Shown one piece after another: positions 63,339 through 64,000 of a stretch of DNA of 64,000 nt. Below the pieces are notes generated by a model. The model saw only the letters and a program-made list of their open reading frames with translations. It searched no databases and was not told the origin of the DNA. How positions within the stretch are numbered: the stretch's first letter is position 1; every line of letters begins with the position of its first letter. This DNA is from Octopus sinensis. Lineage: Eukaryota. The translations under genes and the position numbers were made by a program. Location: positions 104,470,001-104,534,000 of the forward strand of contig NC_042999.1 in assembly GCF_006345805.1 (NCBI RefSeq), in the 5' to 3' direction.

Positions 63339-64000
63339 CGTGCCCGTGTAATACAAAGAATTATAATCTGTACCATATAACTTAATATCGTGAATTTTAT
63401 CCACTTTTGTTTTTTGAAAATTTCTATTTCTATTTGCAGTTTAGTCCCAAATCAGGCCTAATGGAGTAGACCTTTGAATAAAGATGTTTTAGCTGTAACC
63501 ATGTCGGCATTTCTTTTTTTTTATTCAGACAAAATGTATCTAGAATCTTATTATCAGATGGGTCCTTCCCTCCCCAAGCCGTTTCCATCCTCCAGCTCCT
63601 TGCTTTTTACTCTTTTCTTCACCCATTCAACATTTAAATTTCTCACACTACGATATGAACTACTATTTGCCATGTTCTCTCCCGATGAAAGAAACCGGTC
63701 TTACAGTAATGTCTCTACGCTACCATTTACTGGTTGCATATCCTTGACGTTTTGCACATTGCATATGCTAATTATGAAAATAACGATTACTACTTAATTT
63801 CGAGCTCTCAGAAACAGCTACCGCGTTAAAAATACTATGCAGTTTCTCCCTAGTATTCTATGCTCCATGTATATGTAAATTTATTTGCTTATATATATAG
63901 ATAAATACATGCTTGCACATATGTGTTTATCATCTCATGAACATATTTAGGTATTTCTATCTGAGGCCGAGGAAGGGCGAATGGCACCTCGAGTGTTGCA

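Overview
AT-rich, microsatellite-dense eukaryotic DNA. The SINE families and repeat landscape look like an octopus (coleoid cephalopod) genome; this is inferred from pattern recognition, not a database hit. No intact host protein-coding gene, tRNA, rRNA or CRISPR array is supportable, and most ORF-track entries are translated microsatellites. The window is a graveyard of transposable elements: four Dong/R4-clade LINE pieces (one young), RTE, CR1/L2 and Gypsy fragments, three Penelope-like GIY-YIG remnants, a Helitron, five Tc1/mariner remnants, a hAT remnant, MITEs and about 20 SINE copies in four families (labelled A-D here). The most interesting signals are: (1) hammerhead ribozyme folds in three unrelated small elements, namely a well-formed type I hammerhead at 21436-21498 (-) inside a long inverted repeat, one at 62420-62523 (+) in a 164-bp unit with a 13-bp flanking duplication, and a minimal core in a Penelope tail family; (2) apparent pairing of specific retroelement 3' ends with specific microsatellites (AAT, TA, TCTA), including one SINE head with two alternative tails; (3) a twin-priming-type inverted RTE fragment fused to a Penelope tail; (4) several fold-back palindromes and a miRNA-like hairpin. 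All folds and alignments were made by eye.
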